Shown here: one piece after another, positions 26,291 to 40,266 of the stretch
Layout of the letters: the number at the start of each line of letters is the position of its first letter
Position numbering within the stretch: position 1 is the first letter of the stretch
Origin: Penicillus capitatus
Lineage: Eukaryota; Plantae; Chlorophyta
Length of the DNA stretch: 64,000 nucleotides
Direction: 5' to 3'
Assembly (NCBI GenBank): GCA_965649825.1
Contig: OZ287717.1
Location: forward strand, 11,001 to 75,000
Program-made: the position numbers and the translations under genes
The notes under the pieces: generated by a model
Database searches by the model: none
Told to the model about the DNA's origin: nothing
What the model saw: the letters and a program-made list of their open reading frames with translations, nothing else

Positions 26291-27208
26291 GTCTTACACG
26301 CGATCCGTTGCGTGCTGCTGAGACGCGCTCGCTTTACATGAGTACGCGATGTCCCACAACAAGAATGGTGAAGGAGCACATCAAGTCAAGCAAGAGGCCG
26401 ACAGACGATTCAAGTGCAGTATAGTAGTAGTAGTGTCTACCAACCATGTTTATGATGTCACGGCCGAGATGGCCAGTGTCACTTCTGAAACTTGTCCTTT
26501 ACATGGGAATCCACTGGCACGTTGGAAATCAGGATTTGTCTTCTGGTCCAAAAGAGCATGTGTCTGTGAACAGAGTACACACTTATGGAAAATAAGACAA
26601 GCTAACGACGCCATAGACCAAAGACACGACATGATTGAAACACTGCTTTAATCACGACAAGACATAAACTCCAAGCAGACAGGCCAAGCTCAGAGTGCCC
26701 CGGGCAAAGGACTGCCTCAAGAGAACATAGCTGTCCCGCACTAGAACCCCATTTACGTTGTTTCATTGGCTCAGACTTCTCCCTCGTTCCTACTGATCGC
26801 AGAACATGTACCCACTTTATTCTGCAAAAAAAGACACTGAACTTATGATTGGCGTTGCTAGGGACAGACACGTGGAAGCATGGTCTCCAACAACAACAAC
26901 AACTCCAACTACGCCTGTCTCATCATGTTTTATAGTTACGATTGTCTTATCACAAAGTGATTGCACGCAGGAAAACATGACTCTCTGGGAGTTCCATGAA
27001 CTTGAGTGTTGTCTCGTGTATCGTCTGGTGTGCGTGGAGTTGTATTAGATAAGTCTGGAATACGAGCCATGTCTTTCTTGTGCTTAAGCAATTGGAGGAG
27101 ATAGGGAAAGAAAAAGCCATGTGTGAACTCTACCCCTACGTAATCGCTGCACTGAACGACAAGCGCAAAGCAAAGAACTTTTTTTCACTGAAACCTGCCT
27201 TTCGTCAC

Positions 27209-30200
27209 TTATCGATTTTCAGTTCTTCCAAGCAAAAAGATAGAAATCACAGAACGGTATATGTTTCGTGCAAGATTCCGTATGACAACAGATCGAGGCA
27301 ATTCGGATGAGCTGAGTCGACGATTGTACAGGCCTCTGTGTAAGGCCCTGATCATCCACCGATCAAAATACTTGTGTTCCAGATAGTGTGGCATGTATGT
27401 CCAGATGACGTGGTCCACGACCTGAAAAAGGGCAAACAAACAACAACAATACAGAGTAGTGGTGGATGATGAGGCACAGACAGACAGCACTTACTTTGGA
27501 GAACTTTGTTGCCGTCCTTTGGTGATGGAAAGCAACACAAGTAATCGTGACATACATCGTTGCGAATGCATATCTGACAATCAAGAGTCCGAGTGCTGTG
27601 CATTGAACGACTATCATGAACACTCCAACCTACAGCAGAAGACAGATCTTATGGATCATCATCCAAAGGCAGGGGGAGCGTATCAGCAGCAGACAATACA
27701 ACACCTTTTCGGCAAAAATGCATTGGTCATTCCTTGTGATGATGAAAAGGGAAACGTAGACCAAAAAGTCAGCGAGTTCCACCAGTAAAGCAACGGCCAT
27801 ATCGAAACGGTTCAGAAATGGTTTGCTCGTTCGGATCAAAGTGAGTAGCAGCAATGAAAGAGTGAAGAGACATATCATCACGGCAGAGCTATCGCGATCA
27901 TTCCCAACGGACCCAACAAGACATGCCAGGACGACCAGTTTGATGAGCTCGAGCATTTTCATGAAGAGGTGAAAGTGAAATAGAAACAGCTGACATCTAC
28001 GCTTGCTGATGCAAGGCAGTTTGACAGAATGAATGTCATCTGCCAGAACCAGCACTCCTCGATTAACGACGCCAGCGATGGGATCAAAGAGGTATGATGC
28101 TTCCCTATAAGAAGAGAGATGATCAACTGCTGAGTGCTGAAAGACAGAGAGGAAGATCGCACTCACTCTCGAATAACTGGAGGTCCTCGGTAGTCTTCAA
28201 AGAGATATCCAAATCTGGACACGAAATCTGTCCCCTCTGAACGTATGCCGACCCAATGCGCACTATTTCGCCTACGGCCGAGTAGTATATTGAGGAATGG
28301 TACGGCGAAGAATCCAGAAACGCATTGAAAGCAGTTGGAAAATGCTTCTAACGATGATGAGATCACAGAGCTCGTTGGAGAGACAGTGTGGGGTCTCGTA
28401 TACGAAGTCGTTGTTGTTGTGGTCTCGCTTTCATCGTCATCGTCTCCTTCTTCGCCCAAGTTGTTTCTTATTCCGACCAGAGATAATGGGTCCGCTGGTG
28501 GGACATTTGTGCCGGATGGACCTGGTGCAAAAGTAGCCATTTCTATCTGACAGCACAGACAAATGATGCTCGAGAAAAACAGACCAACGCACCTCCGGCG
28601 GCGGTGGTCCTTGAGGTAAATCAGCCTGTGGCGCGTCTGGCAATCGTCCTCTGCGCAATCTTGCGAGAAAGGCGGACGCTCTTCTGTAGTAGCTGGAGTC
28701 ATGTCGATAATATTCGCCAATTTCGATGAACATCTGGGCCTTCATCTCCGACAGGGGTAGATTCACAAAGTTGTCCCAAATGACCGACACATTCCAACAA
28801 AGGAAGGATGCCGGTAACGCGATCAACATCCAAGTTGCAATCAATGCCTCCCCTGCTGGATATGCATTCCTCAAATTGGATGGAACGCATCAAGGTTGAT
28901 CGATACTTACGTCTAGTTGCTTCGTAGAGGCCCGTGCTTGACATGACAATGGCTGGCACACAAAAGTAACCAAACATGATTTCCAGTCTGGGGACTGTAA
29001 AGAATACAGGGATGTCCCTTTTCCAACCAAAGAATATCAGAAGAGCAATAGCATGACCAAGCAGCAAGATCACAAACATGAGCGGCACCCAGAAGACGAC
29101 TCGATTGAAGTGTTCGACTTTCGCTGAGTCAATGCTCTCGTTTTCGTCGAGAAAATCTATTCCGCCCTCAAACTGACAAGCCCATCCATTTGATGTTTGT
29201 TTGTTTGTGTGTTTAAGAATTAAACTACCTGTAACAATCTTCTGATCGAGCTGCTTTCTTCTCCGTTTTCGGATTCCTGAAATGGCGCAGAACACACAGT
29301 TCAAGAGAACCCCTGTCGTCGGAGACTGACTCACTGCCGTTGTCTCTCTCGTATCAAACATTGACCAATTGAACTGCTCAGTGAAGTCTCTGTAGGTCAA
29401 CGGCACATTGGCCACTGCAAGTTTTCCTGTCATGTAAAGTTTTTGAGAGTATCCCAGCAACTTCATCGCCCCTGGATTGGTTGTACTCCCAAGGGACGAA
29501 CTGACTAAGAAGAACACAAGGATAGGGCATTGTGAACAGTGTGTGGCTAAGTGTTCAGTGCTTACTCATGGAGGCTGTAAGCGACATGACAATACTGCTT
29601 GCTGTCATTATCGAAAGCAGCTCTCCGATCGGTTTTGCGCGCTTGTACTTCTTTGAGCATAATTCATTGGTTTCTGAGGATGCGTCGTCAACTTCGATAT
29701 CAGCTGACGTGACTGGAGAGATTCCCATACTCTCGAGTGGTGGGCTCGGAGAGACAACACGGTCTATTCCATCACACGAGATCATTCCCATTTAGTTGCA
29801 TACATGACTCCGGTATCCCTCACCTTCTCGTGTACAAGTTGCACTTGATATGTTGATAGAATCCACAAGGATGTTTCCAGCTTTGTCCATCAAGCTTCCT
29901 TCGGGGACAATGAGCGTGACATTTGCATTTGTCCTTGCCGTTAGATATACGTCAACGTTCATGTGGAAGAGTCGCAAACTGAAGGTGGGACCTATCTCCA
30001 CGATCACTTCAGGATTCGTATCTGTGCCTTCTCCTTCTACTTTAAACACATCGGCCAACTCCTCTGTGCGCACATCAGTGAAGCATGCCCGTGAATCATT
30101 TGACAGATTAACTGAACACAACACAGGTACGTTGAAACAGTCATCCAAAGGACGACGGTGTGGGACGCACCTGCATTATACTGGGGACCGAGATGATTCA

Positions 30201-31200
30201 GACTAGTAGGGCATGTCGCATTCACAACCACGTAAATCCTCTCACTGAACTCCATATGAAATTGAATGCGACTAGTTTCCCCTTCCTCATCTTCTTCGGT
30301 GGATTCAGAAATAGAACAGTAGTGGCTGTTCATTCGTGGAGGAATCGTATCTCTCCTGATCTTGACCTCTTGCCTCCAGTTCGGCGTGGATGCACTGATG
30401 TTAAGAATACCGTCAGATGACAGGCCCTCCTCGATCGGTACAACGAGAACGTTTCCCCTATCCGTGCCAGTAATGTTCAACTCTCCTCCTGGTATTTCAT
30501 ACAATGTGCTGTGTCCACCAATCTACACAAATGCATGGTATAAAAAGTTCGAAGGGAGAGATACTGTACAGTCAAATTGGGTATCTGATCGAAGGGGACA
30601 GGCTCTCCTGTGTCTGTCAGATTTGCGATGTTCAATTTGAGCGTTCGCTGTCTTGTATGGATCACGACTGACGTTTCGTCAGGACAATCGTTTCCCGGCA
30701 ATGCAGAGATTAAGCTCTGACAAAGGAACCACGAATAAGATCCCCCCACGGGAGTCAAAGGACCAGTTTCCTGGCCGCTTTCCTTCAGACAAACCGCATA
30801 TGAGACTAAGGAAGAGGCACAAGTACGATACCCTGTACTCAACGAATTCATCGACCTGTCGTATATCCGGAAAAAGCACTGGGCCACCATCTGCTCCGAC
30901 AAAGACCCCCGGCGAATAAAAAAACTGAAGCTACATGACACAGTGGGTCAGAAAGCCTTCTTGCAGCGCCTTGAGTCTTGGCTGACCTGCACGAAGATTG
31001 TGAGAGCCTTTCTAAGCCATCTTTTTGGTCGAAAAGGGGATCTGCACAACACAACACCTCTCAGTAAACTGAGCAGCAAACAATTGCCAGTCCAGCAGAG
31101 TCCAAGCACCCCAAAGACAATGATGGCGCTAAACTCCTTCTCATTGACACGGCATTCATCGTAAACCTTCTCTTGCTGAGAAAACGATATGAAGACGGTT
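27209..31200 (-). CDS. Large membrane protein: Cys-rich and bacterial-Ig-like (Big_13-type) ectodomain plus a multi-pass TM region; 5' end uncertain
   Basis: RRDTIPPR...FHMEFSERI and VTLIVPEGSLMDKAGN are Ig-like motifs; several hydrophobic helices in ORFs 28699-29517, 28437-28874, 27630-28166 and 27363-27623; FVSRFGYLFEDY loop. Confidence 0.65.
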
Positions 31201-31608
31201 GCTTAACTATAACAAAACGAGAAGTGCTCGCTGATCCACTGGGCTTTGCGCTCGGCGTGTAACGAAAGCACCTCGTTCTCCTCGTGAGAGCTCACGACTT
31301 TCTGCTACACTGCTTTGGTATAATGCACTACCTCATGACAACAGAGCGACGAGCACTGGGCGAATCTTCTGCACTTTCATCACCGACGAGTCACTCCACT
31401 TGTTCTAGAGAGCAGCGTGTCAGGACAGCGTGCCAATACGCGAAAAGCGTTAGCAGACAAGGAAATGCAACGGCGGTTGACTGATATAAAGCGACATTAC
31501 GACATGAGCCGCGGAAACGCACTCCACGACACAATCGGCCTGTGGATGCTGGTGTGAGAGGGTATTATGGAATGGGCTGAGTGAGCTCTTACCACTCCAG
31601 GCGCGTCT

Positions 31609-32638
31609 TTACAGGAACAGTTCGTCCAAAAAACCGGCGACAGCATCGGATTCATCATCTTTATCACAAGTGGCCTTGTCTTGTTTCTGTTTCACCTCTT
31701 CATCTTGATCCGTTTTGGACGTCTTTTTCTTCTTGGAGTTCTTCTGCGCCTCCTTTCCGTGTTCTTTTTTCCGTTTACTGCCACTGCCCTTCTGTAATGT
31801 CGAGCAGATCTTCTCTTTGAGGACGGTGCGTCTGTAGTTCATCTTCTTGACGCATTTGGGACACAATCGGACTTTGACCAATACTTGTTTCTTGATCCCT
31901 TCCTCAGAGTAAGAGAAATTGATCTCATACGTACCCAACTCCTCTGTCAGTGCACAACGAGTGGATGCACAGATGAACTGTCCTTTTCCACGTTCCACCT
32001 CGTCTTTCGTTCTCCAGCGCGTTCCCAGACATCCATACTCGTATCTGGACAGCATACCAGTCGTGCAGCAGTATACATGCCATAATAACAATGATGGTGG
32101 TTTACAATGACAGATCGACGATACAGTACTCCTTGAACAGCCTCTCATAGTACTCCTTGGCAAGGCGATTTGCCCAAGCATCACATGAATGCTCACTCTC
32201 CTCGTCTGGCCAAATAAATCTGCGACGCAAAAGACTCAGAGAGAATTGAATGGGGGGTATCCTGACCAGTAAAGGTCACCCACCTCGTTACCTGTGCTGC
32301 CTTCGAATCTCTTCCTCTTCTTCTCGAGAGAAGAACCCGACGACTTCGTTGCTGCTGGCGGCAGGGACTGAGGCATGTGCTTTTTTCTTCTTTTCACTCA
32401 AGTGCCGTGCAATGAGGCGCCGATGTTTTTCAGAGGCGGACAAATCTCGAAAAGCACTGCGTTGCTCTTCCGTCATATCGAGTTGTCTGATCAGAGCTGG
32501 GATGACGCAATACGGTTCAATCGAACAGCATTGTTGACAATTCCTCCCTTGCAAGGCGAAAAGACGTGCGCACCCCGCGGGCTGTCCGATGCTTGTCGTG
32601 TCCAAATGTGTACGACATAGCCGACGACTGAAAGCCAT
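31609..32638 (-). CDS. FRA10AC1: Folate-sensitive fragile site protein FRA10AC1 homolog
   Basis: RLAKEYYERLFKEYCIVDLS, LGTRWRTKDEVERGKGQFICAS..C, TYEINFSYSEEGIKKQVLVKVRLCPKC..KMNY. Confidence 0.9.
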
Positions 32639-32921
32639 GGTTCTGGCTGTAACGACTGGAATGTCTCTTGTGCACGATCAGAAATGCAGAAGAGCTATTA
32701 TGTGCATACATAACATGGATGGATACCCATTGCTTATAAAAGCTCGAGTCACGCCCAAGACATCCAACTTGCAAGAAACATGGTCACAAAGAGATCGATT
32801 GTATCATGGTCGGGGCTGCTTCTATCAAATATGCACCAAAGAAATCTGCTGCTGTAATTCCCAACTGACCAAAGCATCCCAAAATCCATCGCCGTTGCTC
32901 AGAAACAACAACAACAACACA

Positions 32922-33742
32922 TTAGTAATCTTCATCCACCTAGAATAACAATCACATATCCATGTGTAATGAAACCATGCTGTTCTAGAAACAGACCATA
33001 AGTCTCAGCGTATCTCTCAAGTCAGCGTGCTCGTCAGAAGACCGAAAATCAGCGATGGTGTAGGGTTCGTGCACGAACACCTGGTGGTGTCCCAAAACAC
33101 ACACACACATGATTGGCTGACTGATTCTCGTCGGTGTTGGATTCTACACCTTGCTGTCAACGTTAATGGTTCTTCCTTGCCACGTACAGTGATATGATTC
33201 GGACAGTTTTGTGAACAGTTTTTGTCCAGCTTCGATCACTTCAACCCTCGGCGCATGTCTCAATTCTATCTCCTATCGATCACTTGGTGGTTATTGCGGT
33301 AACTCAGAGAAGTGAAGCTCCATACTCGCACAGCTTCTTGCTCTCTTCTCATGCAATCCTCCAACCTCACGAATTCCAGAGCATTCTTCTTCATCTCACT
33401 CGGAGGGTCGACAGTTACGATTTCCTACAGAGAGATGCGAAAGGTGATCGTATTGAGCCAAATGGTGATGCCGGTGGCACTTCGATACAATCTGTCCTTA
33501 AAAATCTGTAAGATACAGATCCAGAATGCGAACCCTCTTCTGAGATGACGAGGAGACTTGTCAGACGATCGAATGTGAAGATAGTTCCGGACACCTCCTG
33601 TCATGTGAACGAAGGAGGATAACTCCAAAATAAAGAAGAGCTTCTGGCTCAAGGTACCTACCTCCCCAAGAGATGTCTTTATTGTAACATGACAGCCAAG
33701 GACCCAATCTTCATCGCTTGGCAAACCGCCGTTGGCTTGCAT
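32922..33742 (-). CDS. LSM12: LSM12-like protein (Sm fold plus anticodon-binding domain)
   Basis: WVLGCHVTIKTSLGE|VSGTIFTFDRLTSLLVI (Sm fold); GQKLFTKLSESYHCTWQGRTINVDSKV|VFVHEPY (AD domain). Confidence 0.75.
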
Positions 33743-34662
33743 GGTGGTCCCACACACTTGGCAATCTTAGAATGCGTACAGAGTCCGGATAAGAAAGCGA
33801 TAGCGTCGACAGTTGAACAGAATGTTGACGACCGAGCTTTTCCAGACTTTGTCTAGCCGCTTGAGTGGGATGGTCGCTTTGACTAGACGATGTCACATCG
33901 TGCATCGGACTGACAGCAAGGCACTGGTGTCCATACCGACATTCATGCCTGCTAGGAGTCGCCTGCCACGGAAATCTCAATGGAATTTTCGTCGATTGCT
34001 CATCTGTCGGACGAACTGGTTTCCTGTAAATTCCCTGTGCAACGAACAGAACAACAAAGCCGATTTCTTTAACCGCAGTGGCATTGAACGAGATGCTTGA
34101 GCGTTTGGATTCGCCAGAAACGAAAGAAAAGCTGAAGACATCCAAAATCTCTGCCAAAGATGGTACATAGAATAAATCAAGCAGGGATATGCGGCACACT
34201 GACTGTATTTTGTTGACATAGACCTCATGGCAGTGATGACGGAAGTGATCCCTGTTGCTATCGAGTCCATCAAAGATGTTCTGCTGAAGTTAGATTTGCC
34301 ACCAGACACAGATGGTCCGTTCTTCTGATCTCTTATCTCCTCGGTCAACCGAATTTTGTGATCGAACGGAAGGACTGTTGTCCGTTCTGTACTATGTCCG
34401 ACGACATGGAGGCATGGAAGACACAGAAATCAAATTGACTGGCATCTGCGAAGTCCTTCTGCCCAAAGAGGTACGCATTCCCATTTGATGCACCGTGTTT
34501 CACGAAGGTCGAATATGTGTTGGCCCAAAGGTGCTGGAGATGGTTACTGGACTCATTGCCTTCGATTGAAGAGCATTCATGCTCAAAATGGAAAGAATCT
34601 GAGATTTCTATCTATTCAAAAAAGAAGAGCAGAATTCCAAAAATGGTCCACTGTCTCTTTGT

Positions 34663-35088
34663 TCATAATCCACTTCTGCCCCAAACAACGATGGCAATGG
34701 ACATTGTGAAGGACACTGCTAGAGCAGCCCATCCTGCTTGAACAACTAGTGGCTCTCCCTAAATCCAAATCAGTGACGCGATGAAATGCATTCTCCTGAG
34801 CGACCTCTGCAAGAACCAGCACTTCCTGTGCCGCGGAAGCGACCTGTGGTAGAGTGCAGGCGACTGCTGTCAGACCAACAGTGGTAGCCGCGACCTTTTC
34901 TGCACTAGCGATCTGGAATATTAAAATGCTTGAGGGTGGCGAGACACTCTTAGGAAGATGAACCCTACCTTCTCTGATGCCTGTACAATGACGGCCCTTC
35001 GTGACAGAGATGGCCTTATGGCAGGAGAAGCCAGTGAGATCTTGGGGCCGGATAAGTTAGAAAACGTTGTTTTGGTCGACAACGACAT
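34663..35088 (-). CDS. petN: Nucleus-encoded cytochrome b6f subunit VIII precursor with chloroplast transit peptide
   Basis: Ser/Thr/Arg-rich transit peptide (MSLSTKTTFSNLSGPK...RRAVIVQA), two short introns, mature AEGEPLVVQAGWAALAVSFTMSIAIVVWGRSGL*. Confidence 0.92.
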
Positions 35089-35255
35089 TTCCTCGGCGAA
35101 CACGCAAATCTCAACGTTTCCCGACCGATAAGGTGCACGTACAAAGATTGTAACAGCTAAAAGATCGATCGATCTTTAGATGCGTCGTCATTTGGGACTC
35201 CGCACAGCACACCTTTGGTGGAATCCATTGTCTGTCACTCGGTCGACGTCGAACG

Positions 35256-38046
35256 ATGGAAGAGGTGGTACGTCTGTATTTGTTCATCTCGTACATGTTC
35301 CAACCTTTCGAGTGGTGATGATCACAGGAATTGGGCCAAGACGGCTACGGTCCTGAGTATTATGTTATCGACGACACGGGAACAAAACACTTGTTTGGAA
35401 AGAACATGTCGAGGAAGAAGCTTTACAACCAAGTTCGTTATCCATTGAGGGAGGGATCCATCTCGGTGACATCTCTATTTCAGTCGGGGCAGCAAATAAC
35501 AAAGTCGTGCCATGTGTGCCAAGATCAACATATTCAATACAAGTGTCGCGCATCAGAAAAGTGTTCCTACTCTTTCTGCGACAGGTAGGCAGAGTGGACA
35601 GTCAGTCGTCTGTCCTTAAGTGTTGGATCTCTTGCTTTTCTTGGCGTCTTCGTTAAGGACAAGATCTCTGATCTGTGGTGTGTGTGCTAAGATGTGTGAC
35701 CAAGTATCATGCATCTCTGTCACTCGAAGAACTGGTTGAGAAGTGTCCTGTCTGTCGCGGCGTCTGTTCTTGTCGACAGTGTCTGCGAAAGATGTTCGAA
35801 CCCAAACTGGAACTTGAACAGAATCTCGATGACAACCTGGAGCATGCAGAATGGATTCTTTGCTGTGGAGGTCCATTTGTTTCTCAAATTCTCAGGCACT
35901 ATGATCAAGCTGTAAGGAATACAATTGAACGGATTTCAAGGAGTCTGTCGACATTCTTGTGATATAGGCTCGCAAGTTTGGCAAGAGCTTGGAGGATGTA
36001 GAGGTTCGGAGATGTCTGGATGCATTCATTACGTGCGATAACTGTTCAACATCAATTCCAGACCTGCACATGTTAGAGAATCTGCTTCGGGGGTACTTGT
36101 TTGTTAACCATGTTCATCTACAGGTGCTGTTGGAATTGCGCGAGCAACGGCGGTGAGGGCAAAGAGGTTTGTATGGAGTGCGTGTTGGAAAGTGAAGTTC
36201 TGGGGCAGCATGCGTTTAATGATATGGTTACATGCACGACGTGTGGAGGATTGCTCACTCTCACCAGAATGCTTTCGGATGCCATGTTGGAGTCGCTGAA
36301 GTGTATTGCACAGGTGACGGTTATCCCTGCGCTCGTGGTTAACCATCATGATGTGGAACTGTCAGAAGTACGGTGGTCGGAGAGATTACTCAGTCGTTCC
36401 TGTATTCTCCTATCCGTTTACAAGAGAAGGCGGTGCTGAGGTGGAATTGGATTTCGAGTATGCACCACATGACACTGTCAAGATTCAGTGTATTGTCAAG
36501 AAGCCTCGTGACATGCATTTGTTGTTGAGAGAGCTAACCAAAAGATCACAGAGGATTGTTAACAGGTTGGAAAAGGAAGTAAAAAAATTGGCCCATGCGC
36601 TGGAGTGGAGAGATGCTGGACACGGACATCGTGTACGCTGCATCGATGCTCTGCACTGTACAAGGAAAGAAGCGAATGCTGTTCTTCGCTTGTGTATCTG
36701 GAAAGGAGAACCACTCATTGTGAAGAATTGCAGAGGACTCATGGATTGGAGACCACAGGTCTGTCAGCCTCTCCGTTTGCTCATCATCCCTGAAGGCACA
36801 TACAACTCAGACAATGTCTCGATGCTTCGTTGATCGACGGAACCGCTACAAGCATTCTAAGAAACGAAGACATTCGCGAATGGACAATTCATCTGATGAC
36901 GATATGTCGGAAAAAGAGGACGACAGAGTTGGGCCCGACGATGTGTGTGTTGTGCAATGTACTCCAGCTTCCCCAATGGAGTATTGGCGACAGTGTGAGT
37001 TCTTCAACGTCTACGAAAAAGGTTCATTCTTGTTTGTTCTGTTATACTGTGTTGTGATGTCTGAAAGGCATGATGCAGGACAAGACAGTGACATGTACAG
37101 AATCAAGGATTGGCCGCCGGATGCGACGTTTCAAGAGAAGCTCACACGGCACTATCAGGTTCGCTCATGCCTGTCTTATTATGAAATTAGCCAGTCTCGT
37201 CGGCTGGGTGTCATCTGCAGGACTTTGTTGAAATGCTTCCATTTCAGGAATACACAAATCCTGTCTCTGGCATGCTGAACATGACAACTGCATTGCCAGA
37301 GTATCGATGTCGTCCAGATATTGGGCCAAAGACCTATCTAGGGACTGGCCGAATGGAGGAAAAGAACGATGGTACAGACAGCGTCACCCATCTGCATCTG
37401 GATATGACAGATGCATTTAATATCCTGCTTCATGCACAGGAGAAAAATCCAGAGGAATCAAAGTTGAGGATTCTGCACCACAGTTGCTCTCTCTCTTGAC
37501 AGAATGTCACCTGCCATTCAGAAACTGTGCAGCTGTGTGGAGTGTTGTCGCAAGAAAGGATGTGGCAATGGTGGCTGAATACTGCCGGAATCCAAATGTC
37601 ATATCCGAGAGGAAAACTTACCTCAGAGCCACTGATCGAGAAAAACTGGCGCACCAACACGATGCACAGATATGGACATTTGCTCAGTACGAGAATGATG
37701 CCGTCTACGTTCCGTCTGGATGTCCACACCAGGTTCGAAACACAAGATCCTGCCTCAAGGTCATTCCACTGCTGAATGAGAATACCCACGCAATCTGTTT
37801 GTCTGTTGAACTGCCAAGGTCGCTATTGACTTCTTTCCACCGGAGTCATCAGCCGTTGTCATGGAACTCGTTCAATATAGAAGGCAGTTTGCAAAGAGGG
37901 TCAAGAATGACGAGGAGAAGGATGTTGTAGATGGCTTGCAGGCACGTGCCACATTGATGTATGCATGCAGCGAAGCATATAAAATTACGAAGCGACAGCT
38001 CGATCAGTTTTCTGTGGTGAATGAGAAAAAAGCGAGGTTCGGTTGA
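35256..38046 (+). CDS. KDM3/JMJ24-29-type JmjC histone H3K9 demethylase with zf-4CXXC-like fingers
   Basis: SCHVCQ, CPVCRGVCSCRQCLR, KDWPP, LN.TTALP...PDIGPKTY, THLHLDMTDA (HxD), VPSGCPHQVRN (distal His). The Fe-binding triad is intact. Start position approximate. Confidence 0.88.
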
Positions 38047-38700
38047 AGTGGAACTTCGTCGTGGAAGTATTCTTTTGTTATGGAGGAAGTGGAAACATGT
38101 TGAGCAAGATCGTGCTTCCGGCAAGGACCTCATGGAGCTGGACTGACATGAGGACATGAATGGATGCGCCAAGCAGTGAACGAGCAATGAGAAAAGAGTG
38201 GGCGAGAGCTGTATGCTTTTGTGTGACAGACAGCCTAGCCAGTGTTACGGAACGGGTTCAATATCCACAATGAGTGAGTGACAGACCAGTTGTGGTTGCC
38301 GAGAGAAAAACAGGTGCCGATGAGGCAATCTGCCAATGGGACATAGTAGATACAGAAGCTCAAGAGCATTCCTAAATGCCCCCTGATCCATGCAGATGGT
38401 CGTGAAATCTCATCACTATCTTAACCAATTCGGTTAGATAGACCTCGGAACGGTCTCAAGGCTTTGTGCATGGTGAACAAGAAGATTCCGAAGTCGTTTT
38501 TATCTAGAAAACTTCTGCGCGAGACAGCACTGTTAGAGTGTTCGAATTTCACCTGGATGCCACCCACGTGTAACGATGTCTCTATTTCCAAACGGAAAGC
38601 CCTAACCGACGGTTTTGACAGCACAGCACACAAATTGCGGCGCCGCAAACGTGCTGCATTCGTTGTTTCTTTGCGAGTGGACTGACTTTCCAGACCGAAC

Positions 38701-40266
38701 ATGAAGACAGCACTTGTTCTCCTTCTCACTGTGAGTTTGCCGAATTGTCGCTGAGCTTACCCACACTACTTGCATCACACGCATCCCTCACGACGGTGTT
38801 TTTGAAGTGTTGTATCGCTAGAAGCTGTGGTGCAACAGAACAACGCCAATTCTCGCGAAAAACGCTTTCGTGGTCGTGGCCATGCTCGTCTCCTTCTCCA
38901 TCGCCGACCCCGACCCCATCTCCCCATTCTTCTCCTTCAACAAAAGGCAGAGTTGCGACTGTCGCCACAGCAAGGTCAACTGGCGGCACTTCAGAGGCCC
39001 TGGCCACTGCAACGTCAGAGGTTACGTACTTCTTTAAATGGAGACACGCCCGAATGAATTTTGAGTCTTTTAGGCATTCACAAAAGTCAGTAACAAACTC
39101 GTGGACTACTTCGAATACGCCTTCAACAACTTGGATGAAGACCAAGGAGACCAGACCACAGACGAATATTGCACAAACGCCTTGTCCATTCTGGAAAAGG
39201 AGCTCGAAGCCATTGGAGAGGTCACAGCATCTGCTTATTCTGAGGCCATCGCCACCGTCGAGATCTCTGGTGTGACTGCACTCACCAATCCACATACCCG
39301 AAAATGAACAAACTCATAGGCACCGGAGACGCCTGTGCCTCCGCAGAAGCAGCCGCAGGGTCACAGGCATCCGGTTTCGCAAAGATTGTTGCGAAGGCCG
39401 TTGTCGAAGCGTCTAACACCATTTCAGAAGCTAGAGCTGAAGGAGCGGTCGATGTCGTCATTGACGTCATTGCAGAGGTAGGAAGGGCCAAGTTCGTTTA
39501 CGCGATCGGCCAGTCACTTCGTTTCGATCATGTCTATTCAGAGAGATCTGTGCTACATTCCGTTGTGCTTAGGTGTTCACAAGGGCTTTCAGTGAAGCAT
39601 GCTTGGAGGGAGAGGGATCTGCCTCGGTCACGCAAAGCTCCTTTGCTGAAGCCATTATCAAACCTCTTGCATCCGTTGCCGTGATGGCAGTCGCTGAAGT
39701 TGATTGCGATGAAGGTCACACATATATCTAGAAAGAAAGAGCTTATGGAGAATGTGTGTGGTCATTTAGTCGAAGGGTATTCACTAGCAGAGGCAGAGAC
39801 AGGTGCCAGAGCTGAGGAAGATGTCAAAACAGAGACCGAAGGCGATGCCTCTGTTACAGGTAAAGGAGAAGATCCCTTCTCGGACATGTGCTACTTATTC
39901 TATATGTGTGTTTACGTTACAGGTAAAGGAGAAACGACAGGAGAAACGACTGCTGAAGCTGCTACTTCGGTCCTCGAACCCTGCATTGGGATATATCAGA
40001 TTTGCTGCGACGAAGTGGGCGACCTCTGTACTTGCAGTGAAGATGAAAGGTACGAGTGAAAGGATCTTCAGTTTGGCTACAATTTGATCGATAGAATGAT
40101 CGATAAATTCCACTTGGCTGTGTGATTGCCTGTTTTTGTGCTCACCTCTCTTTCTGTGTTTTGTAGCAAAAAGTGTAATGCTGTGCGTTTGAAGTATGAG
40201 AAAGGAACTTTTTGGAGAGATGAGGATGCAGAGGTGGACTGTCTGTGTCCCGAAAGGCAGACATAA
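38701..40266 (+). CDS. Secreted Ala/Ser/Glu-rich protein with a C-terminal Cys-rich domain (paralog A)
   Basis: MKTALVLLLT| signal exon; SPSPSPTPTPSP linker; alternating A-x-A-x segments; C-terminus C..CC......C.C...KCNAVRLKYEKGTFWRDEDAEVDCLCP. Confidence 0.75.

Noticed and set aside
33800-34450. Possible minus-strand gene between LSM12 and petN
   Set aside because: Could not build an ATG-initiated spliced model or recognise a domain.
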